A stretch of DNA of 47,830 nt, the filler included, from Catajapyx aquilonaris (taxonomy: Eukaryota), in NCBI GenBank assembly GCA_000934665.2. It is 2 parts of 2 records of this genome, joined end to end, with 100 filler letters (N's around TTAATTAATTAA, not from the genome) between each part and the next. Parts side by side here need not be neighbours in the genome. Positions count along the whole stretch, not along the records: positions 1 to 23,842 come from JYFJ02005611.1; 1 more part is not named here. One strand, written 5' to 3'. Shown in pieces: positions 1 to 11,900 of this stretch. The notes beneath the pieces are model-generated. The model was not told the DNA's origin. It saw only the letters and a program-made list of their open reading frames with translations, and made no database searches. Made by a program: the position numbers and the translations under genes. Each line of letters starts with the position of its first letter. Position 1 is the stretch's first letter.

Positions 1-3000
1 CAACATCCGGTGTAACATCGAAATAGATGCTTACATTGTCAAAGTAACAAAAGGTGTGCTTACCAAGGGTGAAGTCGAACTCCACAGTGATTTCCTTTCC
101 TCTGACTAGTCTGCATGGTGGTTTGACGCATTCGCTGACTCTCACTTCCAGTAGCTCTCCACTTGCAGTAACCCCTGTTCACAAAATTCAGAAGGATAAC
201 AAGTCACATTGCATGCAACACGCTACGGGTAACAATCATGTGCTTTACGTTCCCATAGACTGACTTTTCCGGGAGATCATTTCAATGCCAAATTGTCCTA
301 AACTAACCTTGCCTTTCAAATATCATGCATGTGTGTCAAACTGGACAAACATTACGTAAGAGTAATTAAGAAATAGTGTGCATTTTTAATTGCACATTCT
401 TATACGTAATGTTTCTCGCAAGTCCCATTCTCAAGTAATTACAGAGTTCCGACGTAATAAATGCACTTGAAAAATTATAATTGCATAGTGTCTGACGTCT
501 GCAGTGTCTTTCAGAGAGTACTGAGATCATGTTGTAATTTGGAAGACAATAGACCAACTGTTTAGTAATGTCACATCAGATGAACGTTCGGCCTACTTCC
601 GAATTTTTGGAGTGAAAGTTGTCAACTTTTTCAGCATTTTGATGACTTGTGATGTAGGAAGAGGGCTTTCTAGATACTGGCAAAATTTTTAGTGCGAAGT
701 ACTGCTACGTAAGGCAATAGTAGGCATATTCTACTTCACTGATTTTAGGTCACTAAAGCAAGTAATTTTTGGGCCAAAACCAACCGTACCTTCCGTGTCA
801 CCCTGTATCATCCAAGATGAAACAACGCACGTTATTTTCCTAACGTTTGCAGGCAAGGGGCAATTTTTCAGAAGGAATTTTTTTATATAAAAATAACACG
901 CATTGCGACATGAATAAGTGACTGTATGGGAATTCCACGAATATTAAAGTCTTCAACATTTCACGCGATTTAATTCAAAACATGTTTTTGAATTTTACTA
1001 CCGGAAATTTTTAGCATTTTGCGGATTTCCAGGTAATCTGAATGTCACCGAGCACAATAGACTGCAGTAAAACCAAGGTTGTAATATGCCAGGGGCATAC
1101 ACTGTATGGCATTGTGCCTAAAAATGGATATAAATTTCCGCCCCCAACCATTGACACTGCATTGTTATGCTGATTGCCGCAGCCACATAATTCGTTATGA
1201 ATAAAGCAAAAATAATGAACAATGAACCAAAAATAACATTTTTCGAAGACATACTGCACATATGAGCCATTTAATTAATTCAAAAGCTGCATGTTGTTAT
1301 TGGACAACAATTTCCAATATTCTCACAATTGGTCCACCTCTAATTAGTCAATGTCACCTGACATGTGAAAATGTTCACTAATTTTGAAATTTAAGAAATT
1401 TGAAAATTAGAGGTGGACCAATTTATTGGTCCACCTCTAATTTTCAATTTTTTTAAATTTCAATTAAAAATTTTCACAATTATTGTGAAACTTTTTAATT
1501 TTTGTGGGTCATTTTCAGGGTAGATAATGACCCACAAAAGCTTCGTTGCTATAATAATTATGTTAAATCAATATGTTCCACACACCATTGTTAAAGACAT
1601 CACAGAATGACTCACATGCAGTTTTGTAATATCGTGAGAGTTGCAACCAGTTCTACTGAAGATGGGAATTTCCCCCATGAAATAATTTGCCCCTCAAAAA
1701 AAATCTATATTACCAAAAAACTTGCTAAGAACCAACCCTTGCAAGGCAGGACATCCAAGGCATCCAAAAGAGCTGGTCCTACAACCAAAACCAACACCAG
1801 ACTCTTGATCATCATGATGTCGATGATTCCAAGTCCTGTCCAGCAATGACGATGCTCTGGGATAAACCAGCTCCTTTTTTCACATTGTTACCACCGACCT
1901 TGTGACTTATTCCCTCCTCCCTTTCCCCTCCCTATCCTCTCTCTCTCTGCCTTTTTACCACCTTTTTAACCTCAGTCCAGCAGGTATGGGATAGGCTAAA
2001 GAAACGAAAGAAAAAAACACGCCCACATTATAGCAACTTTCAAGCAAAATACAAAAATTTCATGCTCGCGTGTTTTTAAAAAAATATATATATTCGTAAA
2101 TCAGTGGCCTTCACTTGCCCTTTATGACCTTCCTATTTTTTTTGTATGGAAAAAGGTGCAATTTTAAAGTGGTTCTCAAGCATGCCAAATTTTAGTGTTT
2201 GAAATGTGCTTCCTGATGATAATGTGAAGAGCTGAGGACAATTGCGAAAAAAAAGGGACAAAAACCTTGGATAAAAGGCGAGAAATTGACATTGGAGGAA
2301 GAGAAAGCTATAGCGCAAGTGTCCTCAATAAATGGTGTAAACTACATTACGTCAAGTGTGATGAAACTTGGTGTAGAAGAGGTGTCCAACTGTTTGTTTT
2401 ATGAAAAAGAAAAAAATGGGTTGAGACATACGTACAATTTTTTTCCGCTATTGATTGGTTCAATGGAGGTAACAATGACATTCATTATATTTATAGAGCG
2501 AACAATGGCCATTTTGTTATGGTATCATCATTTTTGTCAGATTTGCCATGTGCGTCACATAAGGATTCTCTCTTGTACATTACTGATGGTATTAGCCTCA
2601 TCTCGGCTTAACAGGACTTGCAATGGTGCACATGTGCATTTGTGTAAGAAATTTTATTGCACCTGACATCCTGATTACAAAACTATATATCAAAATGAAG
2701 GAAGTACGGTTGAGACATCAGCTGACAAGTGAGTGCCACAAATCATACAGCGGAATGGACAATGCTGAAATGGGTCTTTAACTGCCCGATGAGTAAAGCT
2801 AGCACATGGCTGTCATAGGATATGCTAAGGTCATGTATTACAACACTGCACATGTTCCCTAATATTAAATAAATATTATTAATAATAGTAGCAGTACACT
2901 TCAGTCGTGTCAGCAAATGCTGACACAACTGAAGCGTACTGCTACACATAATACATAGCCATAATTTTGCAAGATTTTCTGCAATGATTTTTGAATCCAT

Positions 3001-3844
3001 GATAAGCCATGCCAAAAGTCAAAGCAGAAAGCCCACAAGCATTATTGTTGATTACTGGATTTTAAAAACATGAGTATTGTGCTATTGTGATTTTCAAAAT
3101 GGGTCGTACACAACATTCGAGCAAAAGGGTTCTGCACCAGCAAGGAGGTGACGATTACTGCTTCTAACGTTAGTCACTCATGATATGCTTTTCAAGGTTG
3201 CTTCTGTCACTTGTAATAAATGTGCTATTTGCACCATGCGGTGCTCGATGCCATTCTCCCACAATTTCATGCAAAATTCACACACGTCTATTTTTGACTA
3301 ACATTCAAGTTGACCTACTTCAGATGCAATGCGAAGATAAATATTCAAGGTTTTAGTGCTGCACAAAGAGCAGACCCATGCTGAGGCTTGCAAAGGTAAC
3401 TTTCTCAGTTGTCCTTTTGTTCCTGTCTACTGGTTTGAAATTTTTTTGTTAGCCCCTTCCTGACCACATCAATGTTTTGCAATGACAAACTGAAATGCAA
3501 AGGACCCACAGAAGGCTAGGAGAGGTTACAAAATCCAAAATATTATTGATTGTTTATTACACTTTAAAACGTCAAGTGACAGTATACATTGCACATGGTG
3601 CTGGTCAAATACTATAGGACATATTCCTTTTAAAACAGTGCGGTTGCCTAAGGAAAGTTATTCAGGCAACCAGTTAATACGGGCCCACGTGTAATGTCAA
3701 CATCAAGTTGGCTTAATAAAAATAAACATCCTGTAAACTAGCAGGAATTGTTACTCGTGCACATCAAGTCTGGCACTCCTTCTCTAATATCTTTCAGGCC
3801 CATCACAACCAAAGTCAGGTACTAAAATCTCACATGACCAGCAC

Positions 3845-5386
3845 TTATAACTTGTGCTCAGGGGGCAGACATGGTGAGGTCGCACTAATCCTCATCAGGC
3901 TCGGAAGTGCAAGAGGCAACCCTAACAACAGTGCCACGTAGAGGCAGTATGGCACTGGCGGGGTCGACCCAAATGGTGGCATCCATATTCCCCTGCGAAG
4001 GGCATCTCGGACATGGTGGGATGAAGAGGATGCAAAAACCATCCACGCCAGATGATGGAGGCAACAGCATGTCCATGATGTGGTGGTGCTGTTGGGTGTG
4101 GGACAGTGCCAGTGCAAGAGAAGCAGGGTAGCCCATAAGATAAGCCAAAATGTGGATCCGTGCAAAGGTGGCCTGTGTAGTAAACTAGTGGCATCTCTCA
4201 GGTGAATGGATCCAGCTGCAGCAAAATGGTCCAAGTCTATGATCGAGGCAACAAGGCTGGCAAAAATTGTCTCGAGGGTTAGGCGTGTCCAGCTGACTGA
4301 CCATCCCATGTAGGGGAGGATGGCTAGGGCCCAGGTAAGGCCTCCTATGGCGGCGTGGAGGCCATTGTCACCCAAGGCCAAGATGGGTCGCCTCTCCTGG
4401 ATCCATTTGAGGCCAAGGAGGGTATCTCCAAAGATGACACATGCAGACAACCCTGCAAATTTAGAAATGAAAACGATTAAAATTAAAAATTTTAAAGCAT
4501 GGAATAATCAGGATCATGACCTCGCACAGCACAAGTTGTCAAATTTCAACCAAGCAATGAGGCCTCGACATTTGACTAAATCGTCTAGTGCACCAACCTG
4601 AAACAAATACCTTTTCACACAGTAACATCCAGGTATTTGTTGGCATTAAGTTACATATGCAGGAATAATTTCATGCATGCAAAATTATCTTTGAAGGTTA
4701 ACCCTACTTAAGTCCCAGTTGAAATTATCTTCTTGCTCATAAATTGACATGCAAATATTGCCTTCCCCAATAAGCTCGACCTCCTAAACCCCACAATAAA
4801 AACCAACATTTACACACAGGAAAAAAATTGATGCAAATCATTTTAAAGGCAACAAGTGGATGCCAACGTTTTTCAAGGATGCAAACCTGCACTGAAACTT
4901 ATCAAGGGCAAAATACTTTCAATGCACATTTGACTACCCTGAAATACTGCAGTCATGTGGGGGCTTGACCACCCAACTTTCCAAAAATTGTTACAGCTGG
5001 TGTCACCCATTTCGCACCACTCAAAAACTGGCTTCCAGGTAATCGGAGACAGGCGCAGAAAATGTCATCCTCTATGAGCATATCTATTTTTTACGCATCA
5101 AAATTCTCCCACGCGCAGCAGTGCTTCCCCTAACTAATCATGTGTCCCTGGATCATCTCACCTCCGTAGAGCACAGCATATAGTATCCACAGAGCAATTG
5201 GGGGCTCCCTCTCTGCGTCCACAACCGCAACGTTGTCGTCGTCCATCAGGCAAGTCCTCTCTTCGTCTTCCTACAAGATGATGAAACCGTATTAACAAAT
5301 TGCATCACAACCACCCTTATAAAAAATAATACCTGATGCACATTAGTGTTCCTATTCATGGCAGGTTCGCCTCTTTTCCCTTCCAT
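3845..5386 (-). CDS. TMEM267: Transmembrane protein 267 (C5orf28) homolog; exons 5386-5333, 5270-5162, 4452-3845
   Basis: The last exon carries the family motifs DNGLHAAIG, ASIIDLDHF, RPPLHGST, SHHVRDALRRGIW and PFGSTPP. GT-AG junctions are phase-compatible (CAG|GTATTA, TAG|GAA; GAG|GTGAGA, CAG|GG). The start is either ATG 5386 (256 aa) or ATG 5246 (230 aa, closer to typical length). Confidence 0.9.
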
Positions 5387-5389
5387 TAT

Positions 5390-5930
5390 TGTGTCTGGTA
5401 TGCTGCCCCTGGTCCTGACTAGTAGAGAGCTGGGTGGTGCAGCAGACCTGTTCCGTCTGTCGTCGTGCTGGCGAGTGGAATGTCCAGTGCTGTTCCCCGC
5501 ACCCTGCAGGACAAGGCCAGGCAAATGGGGACATTCCAGAGCCCAACATCACGCCGTAAAATGCCTCTCAGTTCGACACAATCGGACACAATCCGCATTG
5601 TTGACGTCGCCAAAAAAAATCAGGAAGTTTACACGTGCAATCCATCGCACGCCATTGGCTGCAATATCTGAGCCAATCACAGCTCACCAACTGGGGCATG
5701 TGAACCCGCAGCATTTAATATGAATATGTTTAAACACATCATACCGGTAATAAATTTTAATTGTAATTTCAATCCTACTTAAATGAATGTAGTTTGTTTG
5801 TTAGTGATTTAATATGTATCCGTTTCGTCACTTCCTGTCCGTCCATCGTGGCGTGTCCAGTATCCTGAAGAGGAAAGGGAGAGAACCGGTCGGTGTTTGT
5901 GCCCGGATTTTCTGATAGGAAGGAAAGGTG
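5390..5930. promoter_or_regulatory. Putative bidirectional promoter TMEM267/RPS19, including the RPS19 non-coding first exon (donor at 5928)
   Basis: Head-to-head genes. CCAAT at ~5673, ETS-like/pyrimidine-rich CACTTCCTGTCC at ~5829, strong donor AAG|GTGAGG at 5927/5928. Confidence 0.5.
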
Positions 5931-6181
5931 AGGTCTGCCCCGGGGCTGGGATGGATGCAGGGTGTTGGCCCGTACCATTTGGGACAGACAGGCACGGGCT
6001 GGGGGCAGGGGATGGGCCGCAAAGCAGACTAGGCCTAGCTCGTGCAAGGCCACATGGCATTATTTTCATTGCAATTTGGCCACATTTCATACAAGTTAAC
6101 TGTTATGAAAAGCAGCAAAGTGCCACAGAATGCATACACAACAGTATTGCATATTAACGCTACATTAAAATTCATTTTCAG

Positions 6182-6688
6182 ATGCCGTCGGTTTCAGTGA
6201 AGGATGTGGACCAGCACAAGTTTGTACGAGCTTTTGGAGCTTTCCTTAAGAAGTAAGTGATATGTCGACTGTATCCCATGTTGGACAGGGCTGAACTGCC
6301 TTTTTGCCCTTCAAGGACAGGCAAGATGAAGGTGCCCGAGTGGGTGGACCTTGTCAAAACATCAAAGGGCAAGGAGCTGGCCCCTTACGACGAGGATTGG
6401 TTCTACACTCGGTGTGCTGCCTTGGCTCGTCATATGTACCTCCGCTTCCCAGTGGGGACCGCAGCTGCCACCAAGATATTTGGGTCCCGTAAACGCAATG
6501 GTGTCCGCCCTTCCCATCACGTTCGAGGTTCCCCATCAGTCGCACGGAAGGCACTGCAGGCCTTGGAGGGATTGAAGCTGGTCGAGAAGTCTCCTACTGG
6601 CGGACGCAGGCTCACCACGCAAGGGAGACGTGATCTGGACCGCATTGCGGCACAGATTAAGAACAAGAAAGCATTGGCCAAGGAATGA
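6182..6688 (+). CDS. RPS19: 40S ribosomal protein S19 (eS19); exons 6182-6252, 6316-6688; 147 aa
   Basis: Spliced product [39 protein letters not shown]...[16 protein letters not shown]...[16 protein letters not shown] is unmistakable eS19. Phase-2 GT-AG intron; AATAAA at 6705-6710. Confidence 0.98.
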
Positions 6689-6739
6689 AGGCTGTTAACC
6701 AGTAAATAAAATCGAATCGATTCTAAAAAGACCTATTGT

Positions 6740-7515
6740 TTATTGATTCAGCAGGCGGCAGAAGAATTTCAAGGCGCTGCCTGCCAGAATGAGAGTTCCC
6801 ACATTGCACAGGGTTTTGTGGGCGAGAGTTTGGTTCTCTGGTAGGAACACAGGGCGCATCTGGCGATGGAAGGACAATTTTGACACCAACCACAGTGCTC
6901 CACCCCACGATGCAGCGATTGGGCACTCGAGGCCACCTAACATTAGGAGCCAAATGAACTGGGGATAACTGGATATTCTGAAATCCAATTAAATTGACTT
7001 AGAATCGCTTTTGTCGCTGTGTGTTAATCGCTGTTGGCTATACTTACATGGAACTGTGGATGTAAAATAGGAATCCATATGCCTGTGGAGGCTGGCTCTT
7101 GTTAGTTATGTGCACTGGGCGCAATTGGCTCCTGCGACGTGCTTCATCCAGCTGTCAAAAGAGAGTGTCACGCATTACTAATGGTTAGAGGGATAGACAC
7201 ATGGCGGAGTAAAGCCTTGTCTGATGTAAATGCACTGCATTAATAAAACTGTCATACTTTTTTGGCCCTCCAGAGCATCACGGAAGATCCAGCAGCGACT
7301 GCCATGCAACAACAATAGCTTGCAGGGACAGTTATCTGAATGGAAGGTCCACGGTAGTAAAAGGTCTCCCACGAATTCAGCAAACCGGTGCTGCAATTGC
7401 TTGCAAACTGGCCTGCAAATTAGCTCTCGTTAAACACCTATCCACACTCGTTGCATGAAACCTTACCGATTCCCGGCCACCTCCCCGTTCCATGCACTGC
7501 TTGCAGTACCTCCAT
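6740..7515 (-). CDS. Divergent MAPEG-family (MGST3-like) membrane protein; exons 7515-7467, 7412-7258, 7151-7048, 6977-6740; 181 aa
   Basis: Three canonical GT-AG introns (54, 106, 70 nt; donors GTAAGG, GTATGA, GTAAGT) join four exons with matching phases (1, 0, 2) and no stop. The product contains ...ITVPASY...ARRR...H....YPQFIWLLMLGGLECPIAASWGGALWLVSK...NVGTLILAGSALKF, colinear with MGST3 helices. TATAAAA lies upstream and AATAAA overlaps the stop. Confidence 0.8.
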
Positions 7516-7719
7516 ATTTGCGGTATGAACTTGTTGAGTTCACATGGTTGTTGTGTTCTGTTGGGGGGGTGGCCTAGCAACCGGCATAGTGGACCGGGTC
7601 TGGATCGGGTCTGGATTTGTACTTTCCGCTCAGCAGTCAATTCGGGAGTGCCCAGTAGATGGCAGGGCTTGTCGCTAGAACGGGTCTGCCACCTGCCGAG
7701 CCAACCTTGAACTCGATGG

Positions 7720-7830
7720 ACCGGGTTTTATAAATGGAAGGGGAAGGCGGGGGCGGGGAGAGGGAAGGACAAGGAGGGAGCAGGAGACGGGGAGTGTGTG
7801 ACGTCACGTGTGTAAAAATGTCCTCTTCCG
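7720..7830. promoter_or_regulatory. Putative bidirectional promoter MGST3-like/CNK
   Basis: Minus-strand TATAAAA ~7732-7726, GC boxes (GGCGGGGGCGGGG) ~7747-7758, perfect CRE TGACGTCA 7799-7806 overlapping E-box CACGTG 7805-7810, CTTCCGG ~7825. Confidence 0.5.
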
Positions 7831-8228
7831 GTCTGGATGGAACAGCAGCAGCGATTGTGATGCGATGGGAAAGGAAGTCTGCGGATTCCTGAAGCGGAAG
7901 GAGGTTGGAGGGGGCCCCCAGGAGGAGGAGGAGGAGGAGGAGGAGAACGAGGCTGGGCCTATCTGGCCTGTTCACACGGATGCGGTAACGGGGCAGCCAG
8001 GCAGGCAGGCCTCCCATTTACTTTGCCAGAGGAAGTGAATGAAGCAGGTGAATCAAGGGCAAAGAGGAGGAGGAGGGGGAGGGGAAACAAAGAATGTACA
8101 GAGCGTAAGACCCTAGTACAGAGTAATGAATGGTGCAGGTGCACTGAAGGACTTCTTTGGCCGTAAGCATAATTTTTGTTGAATGAAATTGGTGGTTGTA
8201 ATATACAGTATTAGTTACATACAGTCAT

Positions 8229-8425
8229 AATGTACTAGTTGCAATATATTCGTTAAATACAGTATTGCAATATATTAGTTAAATACAGTTGTAATGTATT
8301 GCAATATATTAGTTAAATACAGTTGTAATGTATTGCAATATATTAGTTAAATACAGTTGTAATGTATTGCAATATATTAGTTAAATACAGTTGTAATGTA
8401 TTGCAATATACACATTAGTTAAAAT
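8229..8425. repeat. 34-bp tandem minisatellite (~5 copies)
   Basis: Unit TATTGCAATATATTAGTTAAATACAGTTGTAATG repeated head-to-tail without spacers. Confidence 0.9.
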
Positions 8426-8434
8426 ATCTACATA

Positions 8435-8435
<1 letters not shown>

Positions 8436-8487
<52 letters not shown>
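8436..8487. repeat. (ATT)n microsatellite
   Basis: Direct reading. Confidence 0.95.
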
Positions 8488-8640
8488 GACAACAACAACC
8501 TATATAAGGGCAAGTTTGCTTGTTTGTCCACGGCAACGGGTTGCCATAGCGACGGGTTTACATGGCATCAAACCATTGAAACAGTTTGTGCGAAGAACAT
8601 GCTATGTAATAATATTAATACATACATCTTCACGGCATTA

Positions 8641-8831
8641 AGGCCGGTATCCACGTACGAGAATCTCGCATACGAGGAGCCGCGAGGAGCCAACTGCGCA
8701 TGCCCAGATATGAGGCGAGGGAGAAAAAGTAGAAAATTTTCTACTTTTTCTCATTTCCTCGTATCTGGGCATGAACAGTTGGCTCCTCGTGGCTCCTCGT
8801 ATGCGAGATTCTCGTACGTGGATACCGGCCT
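8641..8831. mobile_element. PIF/Harbinger (Tourist-like) MITE upstream of the first CNK coding exon
   Basis: Nearly palindromic. TIR AGGCCGGTATCCACGTACGAGAATCTCGCATACGAGGAGCC; TTA duplicated at 8638-8640 and 8832-8834. Confidence 0.85.
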
Positions 8832-8967
8832 TTAGTTCCCATAGAAGGGTAGCCAGTGGTGTCCAGGTATTACCTGACCACCTCGTTAAGACCGACATAA
8901 TGACACCAACTAATAATAATAATGTGTGTGTACAACTTTGATTGTTTTTGCAGTGAGGGGCTGAGCC

Positions 8968-11900
8968 ATGGCGTATGTGAATGTTGAGGAGTGGGAGTGT
9001 GAGCAGGTTGGGGAGTGGGTGAGGGGTCTGGGCGATGGGTGCTTGACGACTGCGGAGGTGCTGGAGAAGGCGGGGGTTGGAGGGCGGCGGTTGCTGCAAC
9101 TCAGTGCGGGTTGCCTTGAAGAGATGGGGATATGGAAGGTGGGGCATCAGGAGCTGCTTCTGGAGGCGCTGGAGCAACTGCGGTTGTTTCAGCATGAGCT
9201 GCATAGGGAGAACTTGCAGCTCCTGGCGTTGAGGGTCACCTGCAGGGCGAGGTCGCTTCTCTCAGCTCTCAGGCCACTCATCAATGCTGCTGCCGCTGCG
9301 GCTGATGGGAAGGAGGCGTCTGATGGGCTTCCAACACATGTTTTAGGTGACATTGCGTATCTGCTGGATGCTGCAAAGGACCTCCTGTCGTGGCTCCACA
9401 GGTGAATAATTTTCATGTTCATCTAGCTCACACAAAGATGGACTAGTAATGAGAGGGATGCTTTCAATCAATGCTATCAACATGTTGCGGATACAAATTA
9501 GGCCTGCTGTCTTCCTGTGTTTGCCCTGTCCTTGGGGGGACTGCAGATAACACTGTTAGTTTTTGAACTTATTAATTTTATAATTTCATGGAGTGACACT
9601 TGACTTTTTCTTAAGTCGGATTTTTAGGGCCAGTTGTATCAGGCCGCATGCATTCAAAATCTCACATGTAACAGATAGCTGTTTGTAACCATTTTCAAAC
9701 AGTGAACAATATCGGTTCAAGCTGCAATTCGTAATATATCTGACCTTGTGCAACCAGCCTTTTAAGTGTTTTTAAATATTGTGCAGCCAGCCTTTCAGCA
9801 GGAAAGGTCATGAGGGTGAGTACTTAACTGAAAGCCAGTGTGGTGCTTTGTTTTTACCATGTCACTCCTTCATTTCAGGCCCCCATTTGAGTCATCTGAA
9901 GCGTACCGTGAGCTGGAGCGTGAGCTGATGTCCCAGTGTATGTCTCTGGCTGTCCAGTCTCGTCGTGAACGCTTTGTTGAGAACCCCCTTCAGTCAGTTT
10001 ACCTCTGTGGCGAGAGGCTGGAACTGGCAGCGCGAACTCTGGTGGAGGACTGGACAGACCCCCTGGTGTTGCAACCAGCCTCGCTTGATGTGGCGACACT
10101 TAGGCGACGGCGCACAGCAGAGGACCTGGGCCTGTTGTTCCTAGATCATGGGCGGCCTGGGATACACCTGGTGGCAGCAGCACAACTTCAGAGTCCCGCA
10201 CACCTCAGTGGGAAACTCCACCGAGGGGACGAGGTGGTACAGGTCAACTACCAGACAGTGGTCGGCTGGGATGCACTAAGGGTGGGACAGTTGCTGGAAG
10301 GGAGCAGTTCAGAAGCTATTTTAACACTGAAGAGGAGACCTAGGCATGCATCAGTTTTTGGACAGATGTATATGCGGCCCTTCCGATTGCCCTCAAAGCA
10401 GCAGCAGCAGCAGCAGAGGGCATTTGTATTCTGGGCACCACCACCACCGTTGCACTTACAGCAACCCAGCATTACTATCAGGGCACCACCGCCTCCTCCA
10501 CCTCCACCGACCCCCCCACCACCATTAGCCACGTCAGAGTCTTCTGAAGACGAAGAAGAGGAGGAAGAAGAGGTGGTGGTTGCAGAAGTAGTGTCACCGC
10601 CTCTGTCAACAAGGTTTTACTTGCCAAAGCCACGGCCACCAGTTCAACGTAGGGCAACGGTGACTGGGGCATCACCCACATCAACCCGCCCACCATTGGA
10701 TTTCGATTGCTTTTGGGCTGAGATTGAGAAGCGTCGATCAAAGAGACGTAGTGGAGGGGATGAAGAAGATACTCAGATCAGAAGACCATCACCTGTGACT
10801 CCTCCTCCTCCCAGACCAGCCACATGCATTGGGACTCGCACCGACTACCCAGACACCCCATCACCACCATCCACACCGTCAACTCCTCTGACCCCCGTGT
10901 CGATAACTTCATCAAGTTCACGCAAAACATCAATGGAGAGGCCAAGACTGGACAAAAGCCAGAGCACTCCAGCATATGACATGGAGCAGTTGGAGCAAGG
11001 ACGGCAGCTGGCCAGGCCAGAGCCCAGAACCCAGCAGAAGTGTAGTGTCGGCGATGATGACGACAAGCCTCTGGAAGGTTGGCTTTATAAGTGTGAGAAG
11101 TCCAGTGCCACTCGGTGGTCCAAACGTTGGTTTGTACTCCGTCGCCACCTGCTGCACTGTTACGTAAGTCCTGAATTGGCTAGCTCAGGACAAGGAGAGA
11201 GTGTTTTGCATGTAGCTGGCTTGAAAGCCACTAATGCTCCTGAAGTACGTTCACGCCCACATGCATTCAAACTATTCCACTCAGGAGCTTCGTTTTATTT
11301 CGCTGCTGACTCCAAGGAGGAGCACCAGGTGTGGATAGAGAGATTAAGCCACGCAGCTGCCCTCAGTGCCAGGAGGCATCAGGATGTGCCAAAACCTCCC
11401 AAGTCCGAGGACAAAGGAGTAGTAACAGGAAGCAGTGGTGGTGATGGAAGACCAGGGGACGATGCGCAGAACATTCGTAAAGCATCGTCGTCACCCAGCC
11501 TGCAGCAGCCTCCACCAAAGAAGTCTGGCATACGGAAGGGACGCACTCAGTGAGTTCGTCATATATTAGCTATAGTTAATTATTTGCTCCTCTATTACAC
11601 TGCAACGGTTGAATAGCAAAAAATTATTTCAATAGTAAAGTACTTATATCTTGATTTAACTTGCTTCTTGCTTTTTGGCAGTGATGAAAAAGGTCGCCAC
11701 TCAGGATCATCCGCATCGTCATCATCATCATCCTCAGTGACCTCCGCCCCTTCCCTGTGTGCCAGCCTGGACCGCAAGTACCTCCAGCTGCTGTCCCTGG
11801 CTAGAGTGAGTCCAGAGCGGCCTGTGCCCACTGCCAAGTACCGCAGTTACCGCCGAGTGACTGCCACGTCTCCGCCCCCTCCACCATTCCCACCGCCTCC

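Noticed and set aside
1..3800. Short ORFs, possible splice sites, a CACCCTGTA Tc1-like end (~799-807) and a small inverted repeat (1327-1447)
   Set aside because: No recognisable domain or phase-consistent exon chain, and no matching second terminus or TSD. Probably decayed repeats or intronic DNA.
5928..6181. Intronic snoRNA in RPS19
   Set aside because: No convincing C/D box pair or H/ACA double hairpin by eye; an Rfam scan would be needed.
8229..8425. CRISPR-like 34-bp repeats
   Set aside because: The repeats are contiguous with no spacers, in a eukaryotic context with no cas genes.
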